Shown in pieces: positions 12,930 to 26,761 of a stretch of DNA of 64,000 bases (the stretch's first letter is position 1; each line of letters opens with the position of its first letter). Where the stretch lies: the NCBI RefSeq assembly GCF_006345805.1, contig NC_043011.1:20720464-20784463 (forward strand), given 5' to 3'. Under the pieces are notes generated by a model. It ran no database searches and was not told where the DNA came from. It saw only the letters and a list, made by a program, of their open reading frames with translations. Source of the DNA: Octopus sinensis (taxonomy: Eukaryota). The position numbers and the translations under genes are program-made.

Positions 12930-14510
12930 ATAATTATTATAAGGGCAGTGACCTGGCACAATCATTAGAGCATCGGAAAAAATGTTTTTTTCAGTATTTG
13001 TTCTGCCACTTTATGTGCTGAGTTCAAATCCGGCTGAGGTTAATTTGACTTTCAACCCTTTTGGCTTTGTGCCTAAACAGAAACCATTATTTAGGGAGGA
13101 GAATGATGAGAAGCTATAATTTTTGAGGGCCAAAATTATTAGTGCATTTTTGCCAATGAAAAGCCCTAATTTTTAACCCTTGGAAACACTCATTTTCATG
13201 AAATGAAGAAATGACTGAAATTTTGGTTTTCAGTAATGAAAGCAATATTTGCAGTGTTTCATTTTCTGCAAATGTGAAATATTATTTCAATTAAGAATGA
13301 AAATGTGGTTACTAATGTAAGCAGTCTATATATATGTGTTCCAGATCAGTTGAATTGGAAAAAATTGAGAGTATGTGCTGAGATATATTGCTAGAAATCC
13401 CAGAAGAAGGAAAGAAGGTTTTTGTAAATTTTGAATTGCTGTTGCTTTGGGAACATATCCCTTTTCACAAAAACAGTACAGTTTTTTTTTTTTACATATT
13501 CCCTTCAGTATGATGCCCACATAATCACATACAGAAGATATAAATTTTATAAGAAATGTTAGACTAAGAAATACTAAAGCTGAAGGTGGTTTCCAGACAG
13601 AGGATTCATCCAAATAGTGCTGGATCAGTGTGGTGTATGCTTATACCAAGCTACCAGTCTTACACATTTATGGTCTGTCCTATTTGTGGTACTCAGGTGC
13701 TAGTTTTGTCTCACAGGGGTTATACAAGTAAATGGTCAAATATGAACTGGAAATTAGCTTGGAAAATAAAGAGGTTGAATTACTTGATTTTTTTTTTTTT
13801 TTTTTACCTTTTCTGTTGAGGGTTATTTCTAACAGGTTGAGCAATCATAATACCTTTGTGAGTATAGTAGTACATGAAGAAAAAGTATAAAAGAAATATA
13901 AGCAGAAGTATATAAAAAAAAAGGAAAGGGTGGTATTGTAAAAACTAATGCTATTATCGAATAGATAATGAAAGCCCTTTTTACTTTGTGTAATGTTTCA
14001 GTATTTTTAATTCAAATGAATGACCAGGTGTCCTTTTACATGTGAAACATTTTCATTATTAAAAAAAAATTAAAGCAACAGCATTTCAAAAGTTTTCTTT
14101 GAGGATTTCTTACAATCTGTCATATTTTCTCAGTGTTTTCAATTCAAATGATAACCAGGTAAATAATCTAAGAATTTTGAAAAGACATCCATTAGTGGAA
14201 GGTGCTACGATCAGGAAAGTTTTTGTCTACTTTGGCAGGATATAAAAACAAAAATAGAAAGATAAAATCACTGTTAAGCATTCCATTTCATTCAACATCT
14301 CAGAATCTCAAGTCACCTGGACATAATTTCTTTTTCATAACTGAGCTGTATCACTGGTGATTATTTTATCATAAGGGTATTAAGACAGTTAAATCCATGC
14401 TTATTAGCATTTATAGATTGAATAACACTAGAAATAGCAAACATTGTTGTAGTTTGTTATAACCTATCTTGATCTGAATTAATATAAAGATTTCTAATGT
14501 TTTATTTTAG

Positions 14511-14627
14511 AACTTGCCTTTTGACATCAGCAACCGCTACAAACTGACCGCCGTTTTTGTCCTTTTCTTTGGATCTGGACTGACAGCACCTCTTCTGTTA
14601 GTAAGACATCAAATGTTAAAGAAATAG
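14511..14627 (+). CDS. COX7C: Cytochrome c oxidase subunit 7C, coding exon 2
   Basis: Acceptor tttattttAG ends at 14510; reads NLPFDISNRYKLTAVFVLFFGSGLTAPLLLVRHQMLKK* (COX7C signature NLPF...FGS...P...VRHQ.LK); 70 aa in total; GTAAGT donor at 14649. Confidence 0.95.
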   Translation, partial: NLPFDISNRYKLTAVFVLFFGSGLTAPLLLVRHQMLKK

Positions 14628-16721
14628 CTGTAATTAGATATCTATTTGGTAAGTTTAATCTTTTTCTTCTAATTTAAATTCTTTATTCTCTTTATTATTG
14701 TTGTTGTTTTGATGGTTGTGAACTGTCTGAATCATCATTAGAGCATTGGACAAAATGTTTTGTGGTATTTGTTCTGACCCCAGCTCTCTAATTTTCTGGT
14801 CTTGGCAATACTTTGGAGATTACTATATATGTCCCTGTGGTAAATAAAAGAAATAATTAATCATTATTTAACATCTGCTTTCCATGCTGGCATGGGTTAG
14901 ACAGTTTGATTGGAACTGGTAACCTGGAGAGCTGCACCAGGTTCCAGTCTGGTTTCTACAGCTGGATGCCCTTCATAATGCCAACCGCTTCAAGAGTGTA
15001 GTGGGTGCTTCTTATGTATCACTGGCACCAGTGCTTTTACATGTCACCAGCACAGATGCCTTTACATGTGTTATTATTCCACTGAGGTCGACTTTGCCTT
15101 TCATCCTTTCAGAGTTGATAAATTAAGTACCAGTGAAACACTGGGGTCAGTGTAATCAACTAGCCCCCTCTCCAAAATTCCTCATTAATATTATTCCACC
15201 AAGGTCAACTTTGCTTTTCATCCATTTGGGGTCAATAAATTATCAATGAAACACGAGTCAATATAATTGATTAATCCCCTCCCACAAAAGTTCATGGCCT
15301 TGTACCTGTAGTAGAAAGAATTATTCATCCATCTTAACATCCAGAGTTCAAATTCCACTGAAGTCAACTTTGCCTTTCATCCTTTTGCAGTTGATAAAAA
15401 AAAAAAAAAACGTACCAATTTTATGCTGGGGTCAATGTAGACTGAACACCCAATATTTCAGGCCTTGTGCAAATAGTAGAAAGGATTAATCATTATTCAG
15501 GGTGTGCACAAATGTTTTACATTCAGAATCAGTCTTTGATCCTGGATACAACTAGTTTCCTTAAATACTGAGGACCTCTCTTACAATCTTTGCTGTTCCC
15601 AATAGAGCAGATTTCTGAATTAATGCAACTATCAAATAGGGAACTGTTAAATATGTTGGTGATGCTACCTTGACACTGGGATTACTTTTGTAGAAACCTT
15701 CCACGGTCGTATTTTCCTATTTTCTCCTATTCTTTGATTGCTACATTCATGACTACAAATATAGCCACTTCTATCAATATTATAGAGGGTATGGCTTGGT
15801 AGAATGAGTGCTTTTTCTTTTGCGTGTGTGTACTAAATGTTATATGTCTAAGCAGGGGGAAAAAACTCATTGGATCTTGCATATGTGACATGAGATTGTC
15901 TATGCAGTTAGTACGCAAAACTTATCCATGGGTGTGCTCAAGAGCTAAAAACCAATGACCAGGGGAGGTAACTCCGGTAACGTCAATTAATTGAAATTTG
16001 TAGAAAATATAGAAGCTGCTATACGAGAATGGATCTGGATTTCAAAAGCTAATTGGCACCAGCAACAAATGTTTCGATCTTATTAAACGTCTTCAGTTAA
16101 AGATATTTACCTCAGTACGACTAAGATCAACTGACTTTCATCCTTTCAGGCTTGAGCACTGGGTTTGATGTAATTGACCAGCTCCCTCTTTCCTTAAAAT
16201 TTCCTAAAGTTACATGCCTATAGCAGAAAGCAATGAAGATGTATTATTTATGTATGTGCTCACATTGCATACATTAACACAAATTACATCCAAGCAGCAT
16301 CTCCATACCTCCCCCTCTCTTGTGTTTACAGTGAGAACAGTCATCCACTTGTATCAGTGCAATAGTAGCTTGTAATTAAAATTAAACTCATCTGCTAATG
16401 TGAAAGATTTGGTTGGTTGTTATCAGACTTTATGTATTTATGCTTTCATCAACTTTAACTTATTTTATTCACTTGCACAGGTTTAAAAGGAGACTTATCT
16501 TCTTTCAAAATTTTTTTTTGTTTTTGATAGTTGGCTTTAACATCTAAGTAGAATATTAGTTTCAGATGATTTTAATTGTTTTATGCTACTTTTTGAGCTG
16601 CATATTTAATTTCATTTTTAATGAAAATTGATTTGCAGTATATTTTCTAAAGTAATTAGTTATGAAATACTGTAATATCTTATTACTATTGATCATAATG
16701 CCTTTTTTTTTTTATTTCCAG

Positions 16722-16785
16722 ATCTTTGATGACTGAATACTAGAAGATGTTAAATTGAATAAAACAGTTTTTTTCCCTCCCAGTG
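16722..16785 (+). other. COX7C: COX7C non-coding exon 3 (3' UTR) with polyadenylation signal
   Basis: Strong polypyrimidine acceptor ttttttttttatttccAG ending 16721; AATAAA at 16758-16763; GT/T-rich tract downstream; 3' end approximate. Confidence 0.7.
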
Positions 16786-18467
16786 CTTGTTTTGTATTTT
16801 ATTCACTTTGTAGTTGAATGGTTAACAGCAACTGTAAAACTGCTCTCAAAGTTCCTGTATAAATTCCATGTTAGAAATCAACACTCCTCTCGGTATGCAC
16901 AAACAGGACAACAAAGCATGCAGGAGAAGGTTTTATAAGCTACTAAATTAGCTTATAGAGATATATATAAGACATTTTTATAAGCAGTATAAAGCAATTT
17001 TATCTTTAAGGAAAGTAATTGCTAGTCAGACCCTAGTTGCTTTTCTGTAGTTTCTGGTTTCAATTTTACTGTTGTTAAATACAGTGTCATGCTCTTCAGA
17101 ATCTTTTCAGATTTTAAAGTAAAATTATTTCACTTTCTCTTAAATAATCTGTTACAAGCAAACCAACAATTATTTCCACATGGTGTCTCAGGCTGGTAAA
17201 AATAGTAGCCAAATCAAACTCTACTGCTTTTAAGAAAAAGCTTGGGAAAAGGACCTATTAGATAATGTTTATATGGTCTAAAAAAATTGATGGGACAGTC
17301 AAAGCTGGAATGCTTCTTGATCAGCAATACTTTACCACTCCATTTATATTCTGATGCTCATTCCTTGAGGGTATGTCCTGGCACTTTGCTACCATCTCTC
17401 TCGCACTTTCACTCTACCACTCTCTCTCCTTCTGACTGGGTAACTATGTATGTCCACTACATTCTGTCACACTCTAACCTTTCATCACAAGGCCACCCAC
17501 CACCTACAAGGATCTTTGTCCTGCAAATTACTTGGTGACCTTACCAGTGCTGGTGCTGTGTAAAAGGCATCCAGTCCATATTGTAAAGTGGATGGCATTT
17601 GGGAAGGCATACAGCTATAAAAAAAACTGCCAAACAGACCTTGCTAGTGCCACATAAAAAGCATTCTGTAAAGTGGTTGGTGTTGATTCAATCAAAATGA
17701 GTAACACTGCGGTGGACTGGCGTCCCGTCCAGCTGGGAAACACATACGCCATAGAAACTGGGCCCATGAGCCTGGCTAGGCTTTAAAAGGGCACATATAT
17801 TTTTATTATTTTAAAGTACTATTATTGCTTAAAACGAATGGTGATGTCTGGTACAGTCTTCTCCCAAGCCACCTCCTGTCAGGCTGTCCAACCCATGCCA
17901 GCATGGAGAATGGATGTTAAAGGATGATGATAACCTGGAATTAAATGGTAATACTAGTCTAAAGTATGGTTAACAATGACAAGTTTGCATTGAAGTCAAA
18001 AATTAATTTGAGATGTATTTTCTTTCTTTTTTTTTAACTTTCTGCTTCATAAAACAGATTTAGTGTCATATTATCTTCCTTATAATTTTAATGTGCACTT
18101 TTCCATCCTTCCTGTTTTCTAGCAAGGTAATGTTTCCCATGGCTAGATATGCTTTCATGGAAGATTGGAAATGGACACTGCATATATGATGGTGACACTC
18201 ATTTCACAACTATTTTGCTGTTGAGACAAGGAGACATAAACACACATACATCTACATATGTGTGTGTATCTATATACATACAATGAGCTTTGAATTTCCA
18301 TCCACCAAATCTATTCTGGCCTGAGATTGTAGTTGACTCTGGTCCCCAATGCCACAGAAAGGCACCACAGCAATATGTGTGCCTTTACATCATTACCAAC
18401 ACTGCCTGCTAGAAATAGCAGTCAGATTGCACTCAAATAACTTTAATAAGGAAAGACACCTATTAGC

Positions 18468-18850
18468 CACAGGAGTGGCTGTGTGGTAAGTAGCTTGCTA
18501 ACGAACCACATGGTTCCGGGTTCAGTCCCACTGCGTGGCATCTTGGGCAAGTGTCTACTCCTATAGCCTCGGGCCGACCAAAGCCTTGTGAGTAGATTTG
18601 GAAGACGGAAACTGAAAGAAGCCTGTCGTATATATGTATGTATATGTTTGTGTGTCTGCGTTTGTCCCTCTAGCATTGCTTGACAACCGGTGCTGGTGTG
18701 TTTACGTCCCCGTCACTTAGCAGTTCGGCAAAAGAGACCGATAGGATAAGTACTGGGCTTACAAAGAATAAGTCCCGGGGTCGATTTGCTCGACCAAAGG
18801 CGGTGCTCCAGCATGGCCGCAGTCAAGTGACTGAAACTAGTAAAAGAGTA
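18468..18850 (+). mobile_element. tRNA-derived CORE-type SINE (octopus OR2-like); other copies at ~527-915(+), 8490-8881(-), 20265-21120(+, interrupted), 21254-21590(+), 28683-29110(+), 31277-31670(-), 32330-35990(+, interrupted), 44227-44640(+), 53380-53890(-), 57615-58030(-)
   Basis: A box tggctgtgtgg, B-box-like ggttcagtccc, CORE-like ccttgggcaagtgtctt, internal (TA)/(TG) microsatellite, (taaaagag) tail; family name from recall. Confidence 0.85.
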
Positions 18851-20706
18851 TTAAATAATATTCTCCTGACTATCTAAAAAGAAGAACAGGATGGTTACAG
18901 CTAGAGTACCTTTTATTGTAAGTTTGTTTGGTTACAGTTGATCTGAAGCTAAACAAAAATTTTCATAGTTGTTAAAAAATATATTCGTTCCTTGTCGCTT
19001 GAGATGAAGGTTCCAGTTGATTCAATCAAAAGAACAGCCTGCTCGTAAGATTAATGTGCAAGTGGCTAAGCACTCCACAGGCACACGTACCCTTAATGTA
19101 GTTCTTGGAGAGATTCAGGATGACAATATGGCATGGCTAGCCTTTTGAAATACAGGTACTTCACATTTTTGGCAGCTGAGTGGACTGGAGCAATGTGAAA
19201 TAAAGTGTCTTGCTCAAGAACACAACATACCATTGGGAATTGACCTTACAATTGTGATTAATTTATCTGAAGTAAAATTTGACTTTGTGATTTTTTTTTT
19301 TCAAGTCAGGAATTGGAATGTAAACATCAGTTGCATTTGACCATCCTATACTGTCAAGTTAAGAGTTAAAGGATTATCAACTACAATTTAATTAGGGGAG
19401 AAATTAATCACCTAGTATCACAAATAGTGGGAGTTAGGCATTCATTTGTGCTGTTGCATCTAACAAGTTATTCAACAGCATAGTTTATTATTTTTATCTA
19501 AAGGTAAGCATGCTTTCTTCCTATCCTTAGGTGCAGTGGTCATGGAAGGTCATCTCAAGAAAAGGCTGCTGATTTATAAAGTAGGTGCTGCTAAGTGTGC
19601 TGATCAAGAATTCAAGTCATGATTTCCAACCACCAAGCATAATATATTGAGGACTTTATTACCCTGTGTCATTTTTTTTGTTTTTTATACAGATGGAAAT
19701 TTGGCTTCTATTTCTAGCTACTAGTTGATTTGGGAATTGTCTGGTGAATGTGGTATATTGCTTCTCTATGTAGTGCGACTCTAAAATTGTGGCATCTGGT
19801 TTTGATTTCCTTGTAGATGTGTCTATTTGGTTGAGGAATTCGCTTCCCAACCACATGATTTTAGGTTCAGTACCACTGTGTGGTACCTTGGGCAAGTGTC
19901 TTCTACTACAGCCTCATGCTGGAATGAAACTTTGTGAGTGAATTTGGCAGCTAAAAGCTGAAAGAAACTTATGTGTCTATGTTTCTATCTCTTTGTCTTG
20001 ACTTAGCATGATTGTCATTCATTTCCAATATTCTGCAGAAGCACATCTGGCCAGGAGGAAGTATTACCTTGATTGAGAATTGGTTGGGATTTGTAACAGC
20101 AAGGGCATCCAGCCATAGAAAATCTGCCTTAATAGTCTCTGACCCATGCAAGCACAAAAAAGTGGACATTAAAATGATGAAGGAAGTTATGAAAATTGTA
20201 TCCTGTCCTCTGAAAATCTAACATGAATATTTTCTATACAGAAATTTACCTAAATAAGTACAGATGTGGTAAGAAGCTTGCTTCCCAACCACATAGTTCC
20301 TGGTTCAGTCCCACTGCATAGCATCTTGAGCAAGTGCCTTCTACTATAGCCTTGGACCAATCAAAGCCTTGTGAGTGGATTTGGTAGAGGGAAACTTAAT
20401 GAAGCCCATTATGTGTGTGTATATATATATATATATAGAGAGAGAGATAGATAGATATTAAAAAATACAATTGGGACAAGAACGCAAAACATCCAAATAG
20501 ACGATACAAAAAACACGGATGGGTCTTTCAAAGCTGTTAATCTTCAAGAGGATCTTGACTGAAGATTAAAGGCTTCGAATGACCCATTGCAATTTCGGCT
20601 GAGTGACCATCCATGTTTTTTGTATCGTCTATTTGGCTGTTTTGCATTCTTGTCCCAATTGTATTTTTTATATATACATATATATAGCGTTGTACGTACA
20701 CTTTTG

Positions 20707-20750
<44 letters not shown>

Positions 20751-20756
<6 letters not shown>

Positions 20757-20928
20757 GGCCCAAAAGTAGGTTTACAGTTATCACGTAGACACTTTAAATT
20801 TCTTACAATTAACTAAATTAGCATAGAATAATGGTTTCATATTTTTTTATAATTAAGATCTAAACTGTTAATATATGAATGCAAAACAAATAGTTGATTA
20901 ACTGTAAACCTACTTTTGGTCCACCCTG
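20751..20928. mobile_element. Tc1/mariner-type MITE
   Basis: TIRs agggtggcccaaaagtaggtttacagtt / aactgtaaacctacttttggtccaccctg; TA flanks. Confidence 0.85.
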
Positions 20929-21594
20929 TATATATCTATGTCCCCTACCACAGCTTGACAACATGTGTTAGTGTTGTAACTTAACATTTCGTCAAAAAAG
21001 ACCTTTAGAATAAGTACTGGGCTTAAAAAAAAAGTTCCTGGGGCCCAATTTGTTTGATTTAAAACCCTTCAAAGCAGTACCCCAGCATGCCTGCTGTCCG
21101 ATGACGGAGACAAAAGATATATCAATGATTTCTTAAAAAAGTTAACATGGGAAATGTTAAGTTCATGTATTTCTGTTAGTGACTCACTCAGGAAATAAAC
21201 TGCCTCAAGAATAAACTAGTCTGTAAAAAAAATATATTCGTATCTTTATATGCTGCAGGTGTGGTTGTAAGGTAAGAAGCTTGCTTTCCAACCTCATGGT
21301 TCTGAGTTCAATCCCACTGTGTGGTACCTTGGGCAAGTGTCTTCTATAGCCTCAGGCCAACCAAAGCCTTGTGAATGGATTTGGTAGATGAAAACTGAAA
21401 GACACCCATCACATATGTATATATATATCTATGTATGTATATCTGTCAGTATTTATCTCCTACCACTGCTTGACAAGTGGTGTTGGTGTATTTACATTCC
21501 TGTAACTTAGTTATTCAGCAGAAGAGACTGATATAATAAGTACCAGGCTTTAAAAGAAACAAGTACTGGAGTTGATTCATTTGACTAAAAATTC

Positions 21595-22015
21595 TTGGCC
21601 ACAGTCTAATGAAGAAAGGCTGAAGACACTCGACCTTTATTCTCTAGAAAAACAACGATGCCGTGGTGATCTCATTCTTGCTCACAACATCATAAGCGGA
21701 AAGTTTAACCTCTTGAAAGAGCTGTTCTTCACTCCTGCTGCAGAGCGTCAGCTGCGGAGTCACTCCAAAAAGCTCTATCTGCGACGATTTCATCTCAATC
21801 GAAAGAGAGGGGCTTTCTCCGTCCGGGTTGTGGATCCGTGGAATAAGCTGCTGGACGAGATAGTGAAGATGCCAACGACCGCTCGGTTCAAAGTCTCTCT
21901 TGACCAGAAATGGCCTGAACTCTTTGCATGAACACCCTCCCTGTATATAACTCCATGTCCCCCTACATGGCCTTGCTTTTTGCTTTTTGAGCCAAAAAAT
22001 TAGCTTAACTTACTA
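21595..22015 (+). mobile_element. CR1-clade LINE 3' fragment
   Basis: EERLKTLDLYSLEKQRCRGDLI...LRSHSKKL...FSVRVVDPWNKL...FKVSLD. Confidence 0.85.
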
Positions 22016-23234
22016 AGAGAAGTAAAAGACGTACAAATATCTCATCATTATTCTAATATCTACTTTGCTATGGCCAGTTGCCCATCCTTTTGCTAGCTCC
22101 CATATGTTTTTAAGTAAGGTAATAACTTCCCTGTCTATCAAAAAACAAACAGCTTGAACATGCTTTTGTGGAGAAATAGAAACAGACACCAAAATGAGTC
22201 TTGTTTGCAAAAGCTGTACATGTCAATAAGTTCAGTTGTGGTTTGGAAGTAGACTGCAAGTAAATGACACTTAGCAAAGCCTTTGCTTACAACCTGCAGG
22301 AAATAACGAAATTACTCACACATATACATAGATATACAACAGGCTGCTTTCAGTTTCTGTCTACCGAATCTATTCTCAAAGTTTTGGTCAACCTAGAGCT
22401 ATAGGAGAAGACACATACCCAAAGTACTGTGCTTTGGGGCAGAACTAAACTACATAAATCAGAAGCAAACTTCTTCACCACACACCTATACCAGCATATG
22501 CACACACATATATCATTGGTTTTACATTTTTCCTACCTGCCCTTCCTTACTGGCATGAGCTGAACAAACTTGATGACATTAACTCAATAGACCATGTCTC
22601 AGTTCATATTACTTTAAGGTTGTGACATTAATGAGAAAAAAGGAAATTTATGTACACTACATTTATCATCATCATCATTATTTAACATCCGCTTTCCATG
22701 CTGGCTTGGGTTTGACTGAGGACTGGCAAGCCAGGAGACTGCACCTGGCTCCAATCTGATTTGGCATGGTTTCTACAGCTGAATACCCTTCCTAACACCA
22801 ACCACCCAGCAAAGAAGCCAGTCAGACAGCCCTGGCATTGATCACACTCGAAAGGTGCTTTTTACATGCCACCAGCCTGGATTCATTATGTGTGTGGATG
22901 GAAACTGTGAATGAGGGAGACTTTAGAATTCAGAACATGTAGGATGTAGTAAAGATCTACCACAGGATGTTGAAACTAAAGGACCAAAATGATTGGTAAT
23001 TTATTATACTTACACACACGATAGATTTTGTGGACACTGAGAATTCATTATAAATAGAAGACTAAATAGGTTTGGTGATGTAAACAGGAAAAACAGAACT
23101 CAGACTATGAGAATATATGTATATTTTTATTAATATTTAGCTGAAGCAACAGAGTGACTCAAGGTCCGAGAGTTAGTTTCATGTGTTAGCACTTGTCAAA
23201 CTAGTTACAGATCAAAGAGCTATGGATTTACGAA

Positions 23235-23700
23235 AAGGGAGAGTTTACGAAAAAAACAAAAGACAAAGACAGGTGGTGTACAAAACAAACAGATGTATTA
23301 GTATAACGCTCAGGAATAGAAAAAGTCTTTTATGTTTCGAACCTACGCTCTTCTACAGATAGGGACACAGAAAAAACAAGGAGGGAAAAAAATGTGTGTA
23401 GTGGTTAACAATTCAATGCCGGCGCCTGACTTTGGACAGAAGGGTCACACACGAGAGGTAAGTAGGGGAGATAACAAGGTAAAGATGCCCCCCCCCCTCA
23501 ACACGAAAGTGCGTGTGTGTATAAGAGAGTATGTATGTGCGTATAAAAGAGGGCTGGTGGTCTGGACGTGTGTGTGTATGTATGTGTAGGCGTGAAAATG
23601 TGGGGATGGGTGTGTGGGTGGTGTGATGTGATGTGTAATGTTGTATGGTGTGGTGTGGTGTGATGTTGGGAGGTGGGGGTGTGGGTTCGGCTGAGTAAAG
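23235..23700 (-). mobile_element. PLE 3'-terminal (pLTR) fragment, same family as 35.4-35.75 kb
   Basis: Shares cctgagcg-tatactaatac, acacgtccagacc and the HHR segment with 35100-35750. Confidence 0.75.
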
Positions 23701-24119
23701 CAATTACAATGTCACGTGGATAATCCACATTTTTTCAAATAGCTTATCCATTATGTCATTCAATAAGTAAATACATAGATAAAGGAAAATTAATGTGCAT
23801 TTACACACACACATACATGAGAGAATATATATATATAAATTAGAAATACAATCATATAGAAGTACATGTATATCCATGCGCATATATTCATATACACGTA
23901 CACATGCATCATCATCATCATCATCATCGTTTAACATCTGTTCTCCATGCTAGCATGGGTTGGACGGTTCGACCGGGGATCTGGGAAGCCAGAAGGCTGC
24001 ACCAGGCTCCAGTCTTATCCAGCAATGTTTCTACAGCTGGATGCCCTTCCTAACGCCAACCACTCCGTGAGTGTAGTGGGTGCTTCCACATATATATACA
24101 ATAATAATATGTATATATA

Positions 24120-24436
24120 TAATAATAATAATGAAATTATTGTATACAGTGCTCAGGTGCACCACAACTTGTCAAAAGTGCGTATAAAGCATATGCAGTA
24201 ATGTACAAATGTCTGGAAAGTGAACAGTGTATGAGTCAGATACATGCCTGCATGTGTATGAAGGGGGAAAATCAGGTGTAGTGTTGGCGAATCTCAGGAA
24301 GCATGGAAGTTTTGAAGGATGCAGTGCTCCGACAACTAACAACTGATGCTGGCAGTCTGTTCCATGCTTCACCAACTCTTAGCGTGAAAAAATGTTTCCG
24401 AAAGTCATGGGAGCTGTGCTGTTTTCTGACTTTGTA
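24120..24436 (-). mobile_element. CR1-clade LINE 3' fragment
   Basis: RKHFFTLRVGEAWNRLPASVVSCRSTASFK; (ATT)n tail. Confidence 0.75.
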
Positions 24437-24446
24437 AACATATATA

Positions 24447-25692
24447 TTGTGTTATCCCATAAATAATGTGGGTTTTTTCAATTGCATGAACTAAAAGTCA
24501 GAGTGGGATGGAATAAACTACCTGCGTCACCTTGCTATAAAAGCAGGTAATAATTTTACCTTGTACTTATTCTTAGTGCAAGTTTTCAAGAGTGCAGCTC
24601 GATATTAACAGTTATTTTTTCAAAGCTATAATAGAAGTGATGAAGGAGCATATTCGGCTTTGTGAGTTCAATAAAGACAATAACACAATGGAAAGGGCGA
24701 GGTTTATTAATGCAGTATGTGAGGATCAGACAATAAGCGTAAACCTGTGTCAATGGTAGTTCCAGAAATTCCAAGCCAGAAACTACACCCTGGAAGATTT
24801 GTAGAGCTCAACAAGAACATCCTGCAAACCCTGGTGGAACAAAATTCCATTGTAACTGTTAGGGAACTAGCAGAGAAGCTTGGATTTGGTCATTCAACCA
24901 TTCATCGACACCTGTGTGCCATTGGAAAAGTCAACAAATTGGGTCAGTGGGTTCCTCACAAAATTTCTGAGTTTAATTGCATGCAGAAACTGAAAAAGTG
25001 AATATGTGCTCTTCTTTGCTGTCACATCTCATGAATGAACCTATTCTGGACCAAATAGTGACTGGTGACAAGAAATGGGTTCTCTATAAAAATGTCAAGC
25101 ACTGAAGACAGAGGGTAGGGAAAGGAGAAACACCAGCACCCCAGGCTAAAGGTATTCACCCCCATAAGGTGTTGTTATATGTTTGGTTGGATGTGAAGGG
25201 TTTAGTCCACTTTGAACTTTTAAACCCAAACCAAATGACAACAAAGGAGATCTACTGCAAAAGTTTGAGTGGCTTAAGTCAGTGCTTGGTTTCAAGACAA
25301 AAGGTGTTCTTCCATCAGGATCATTTTCAGCCACACACAGCAAGGATGACATTTCAAAGGTTGGAGCAGTTTGAATGAGAAACCATCCCCCGCCCATCAT
25401 ATTCGCCAGACATTGCCCCATCCAATTATCATTTATTCTGCAGTCTTCAAAATCATTTGGACGGAAAAATATGAATTCTGTAGACGAGGTCAGAACAGTA
25501 CTGGAGGAGTTTTTTTCATCAAGAAAAACAAATGAATTTTGGAAGAGGGTCCTTGCTAGTCTACCAGATAGGTGGAAGAGCAGTGTTGAAAGTGAAGGAG
25601 AGAATATTTTAGATTAAAAAAGAACTTTGCTTATCTTAATTTTGAAAAATAAAAGTATTTAAAAAAACCGCATTGTTTATGGGATGACCCAA
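24447..25692 (+). mobile_element. Full-length decayed mariner transposon
   Basis: ~30-bp imperfect TIRs (ttgtgttatcccataaataatg / cattgtttatgggatgacccaa), TA flanks, ~1.25 kb; transposase motifs GQWVPH, IVTGDKKWVLY, FFHQD, YSPDIAPSNYHLF broken by stops and frameshifts. Confidence 0.93.
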
Positions 25693-25849
25693 TATATATG
25701 TCTATATATATATATATAAGTTCAGCAAAATTTAGATTCAGATGAATATGGTACTTAAGTTAAAGGGGCCAGAATTTTGTATGGTATCATCCATATAAAT
25801 CAAATGGGGTGATTATAATCAAAATAAGCAACAAGTATATCCTAGGTAG

Positions 25850-25933
25850 AGTAGTACAATTGTTTCTTGCTACTTCATTTTATTAAATACTGTATTACAT
25901 CTGTTTTAAAATGTTGAGCAATCTTCAGCTGCT
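25850..25933 (-). ncRNA. Type I hammerhead ribozyme motif, left arm of a palindrome
   Basis: agcag-CTGAAGA-ttgct...agcaa-GAAAC-AATT-GTA-ctact; mirror copy on + at 25973-26060 with TTGAAGA. Confidence 0.78.
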
Positions 25934-26117
25934 TGTAGAATTTTTCAATTAAACGGATTGGAAAATTCTCTAAGTGGTTGAAGATTACTCAACATTTTAA
26001 AACTGGTGTAATACTTACAGTGTTTAATAAAATGAAGTAGCATGAAACAATTGTACTACTCTACCTTGGATATACTTGTTGCTTATTTTGATTATATATA
26101 TATATGTCTGTCTATAT

Positions 26118-26152
<35 letters not shown>

Positions 26153-26720
26153 ATGTATATATATATACACTCAGACATACAGATATGCACATAAATATAT
26201 AATCATACATAAATAACTACGCACATGCATAAAGAGACCTACATGTGCATGTAGAAATGTAAATGTATGTTTGTATTGTTTGCTAACTACTTCAAGACTT
26301 CTGATAAAGAGATATTCACGAGATGCTATAAGTAATATTAACTGGTACTTTCTCTTTGGAGCAAAAGTCAAAGTAATGGAACTGGGTCCCTCAACATTAG
26401 GCACCAACTAACTACCAAGGAATCAGCTTTCTTAACCCAAGGTAGATTTCTGTGCAGCATGGCTGACAAAATCAGTGATCCTCTTTGCCATCCTTGCAAA
26501 ACCCAATCACTTGTGGACCTGATAGGGTGAGTGTTTTGTAAAGCCTCTTTGGACACATTGTGTATCATCTTGCCTCTGTTCTGGTACTTTGTAGGTTTCC
26601 TCTAATCTATATATACATTGACATTCACAGTTCTACTCATCATTTTAAGCTTGTTTATTTTAAAGTACTGTTATTGTTTAAAAAAGTCAAATTGTTCCTA
26701 TTATGTTTTACCTGCACGCG

Positions 26721-26761
<41 letters not shown>

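Noticed and set aside
13103-13218. C/D box snoRNA candidate in COX7C intron 1 (ATGATGA ... CTGA)
   Set aside because: No clear terminal stem or recognisable guide; such motifs occur often by chance in AT-rich DNA
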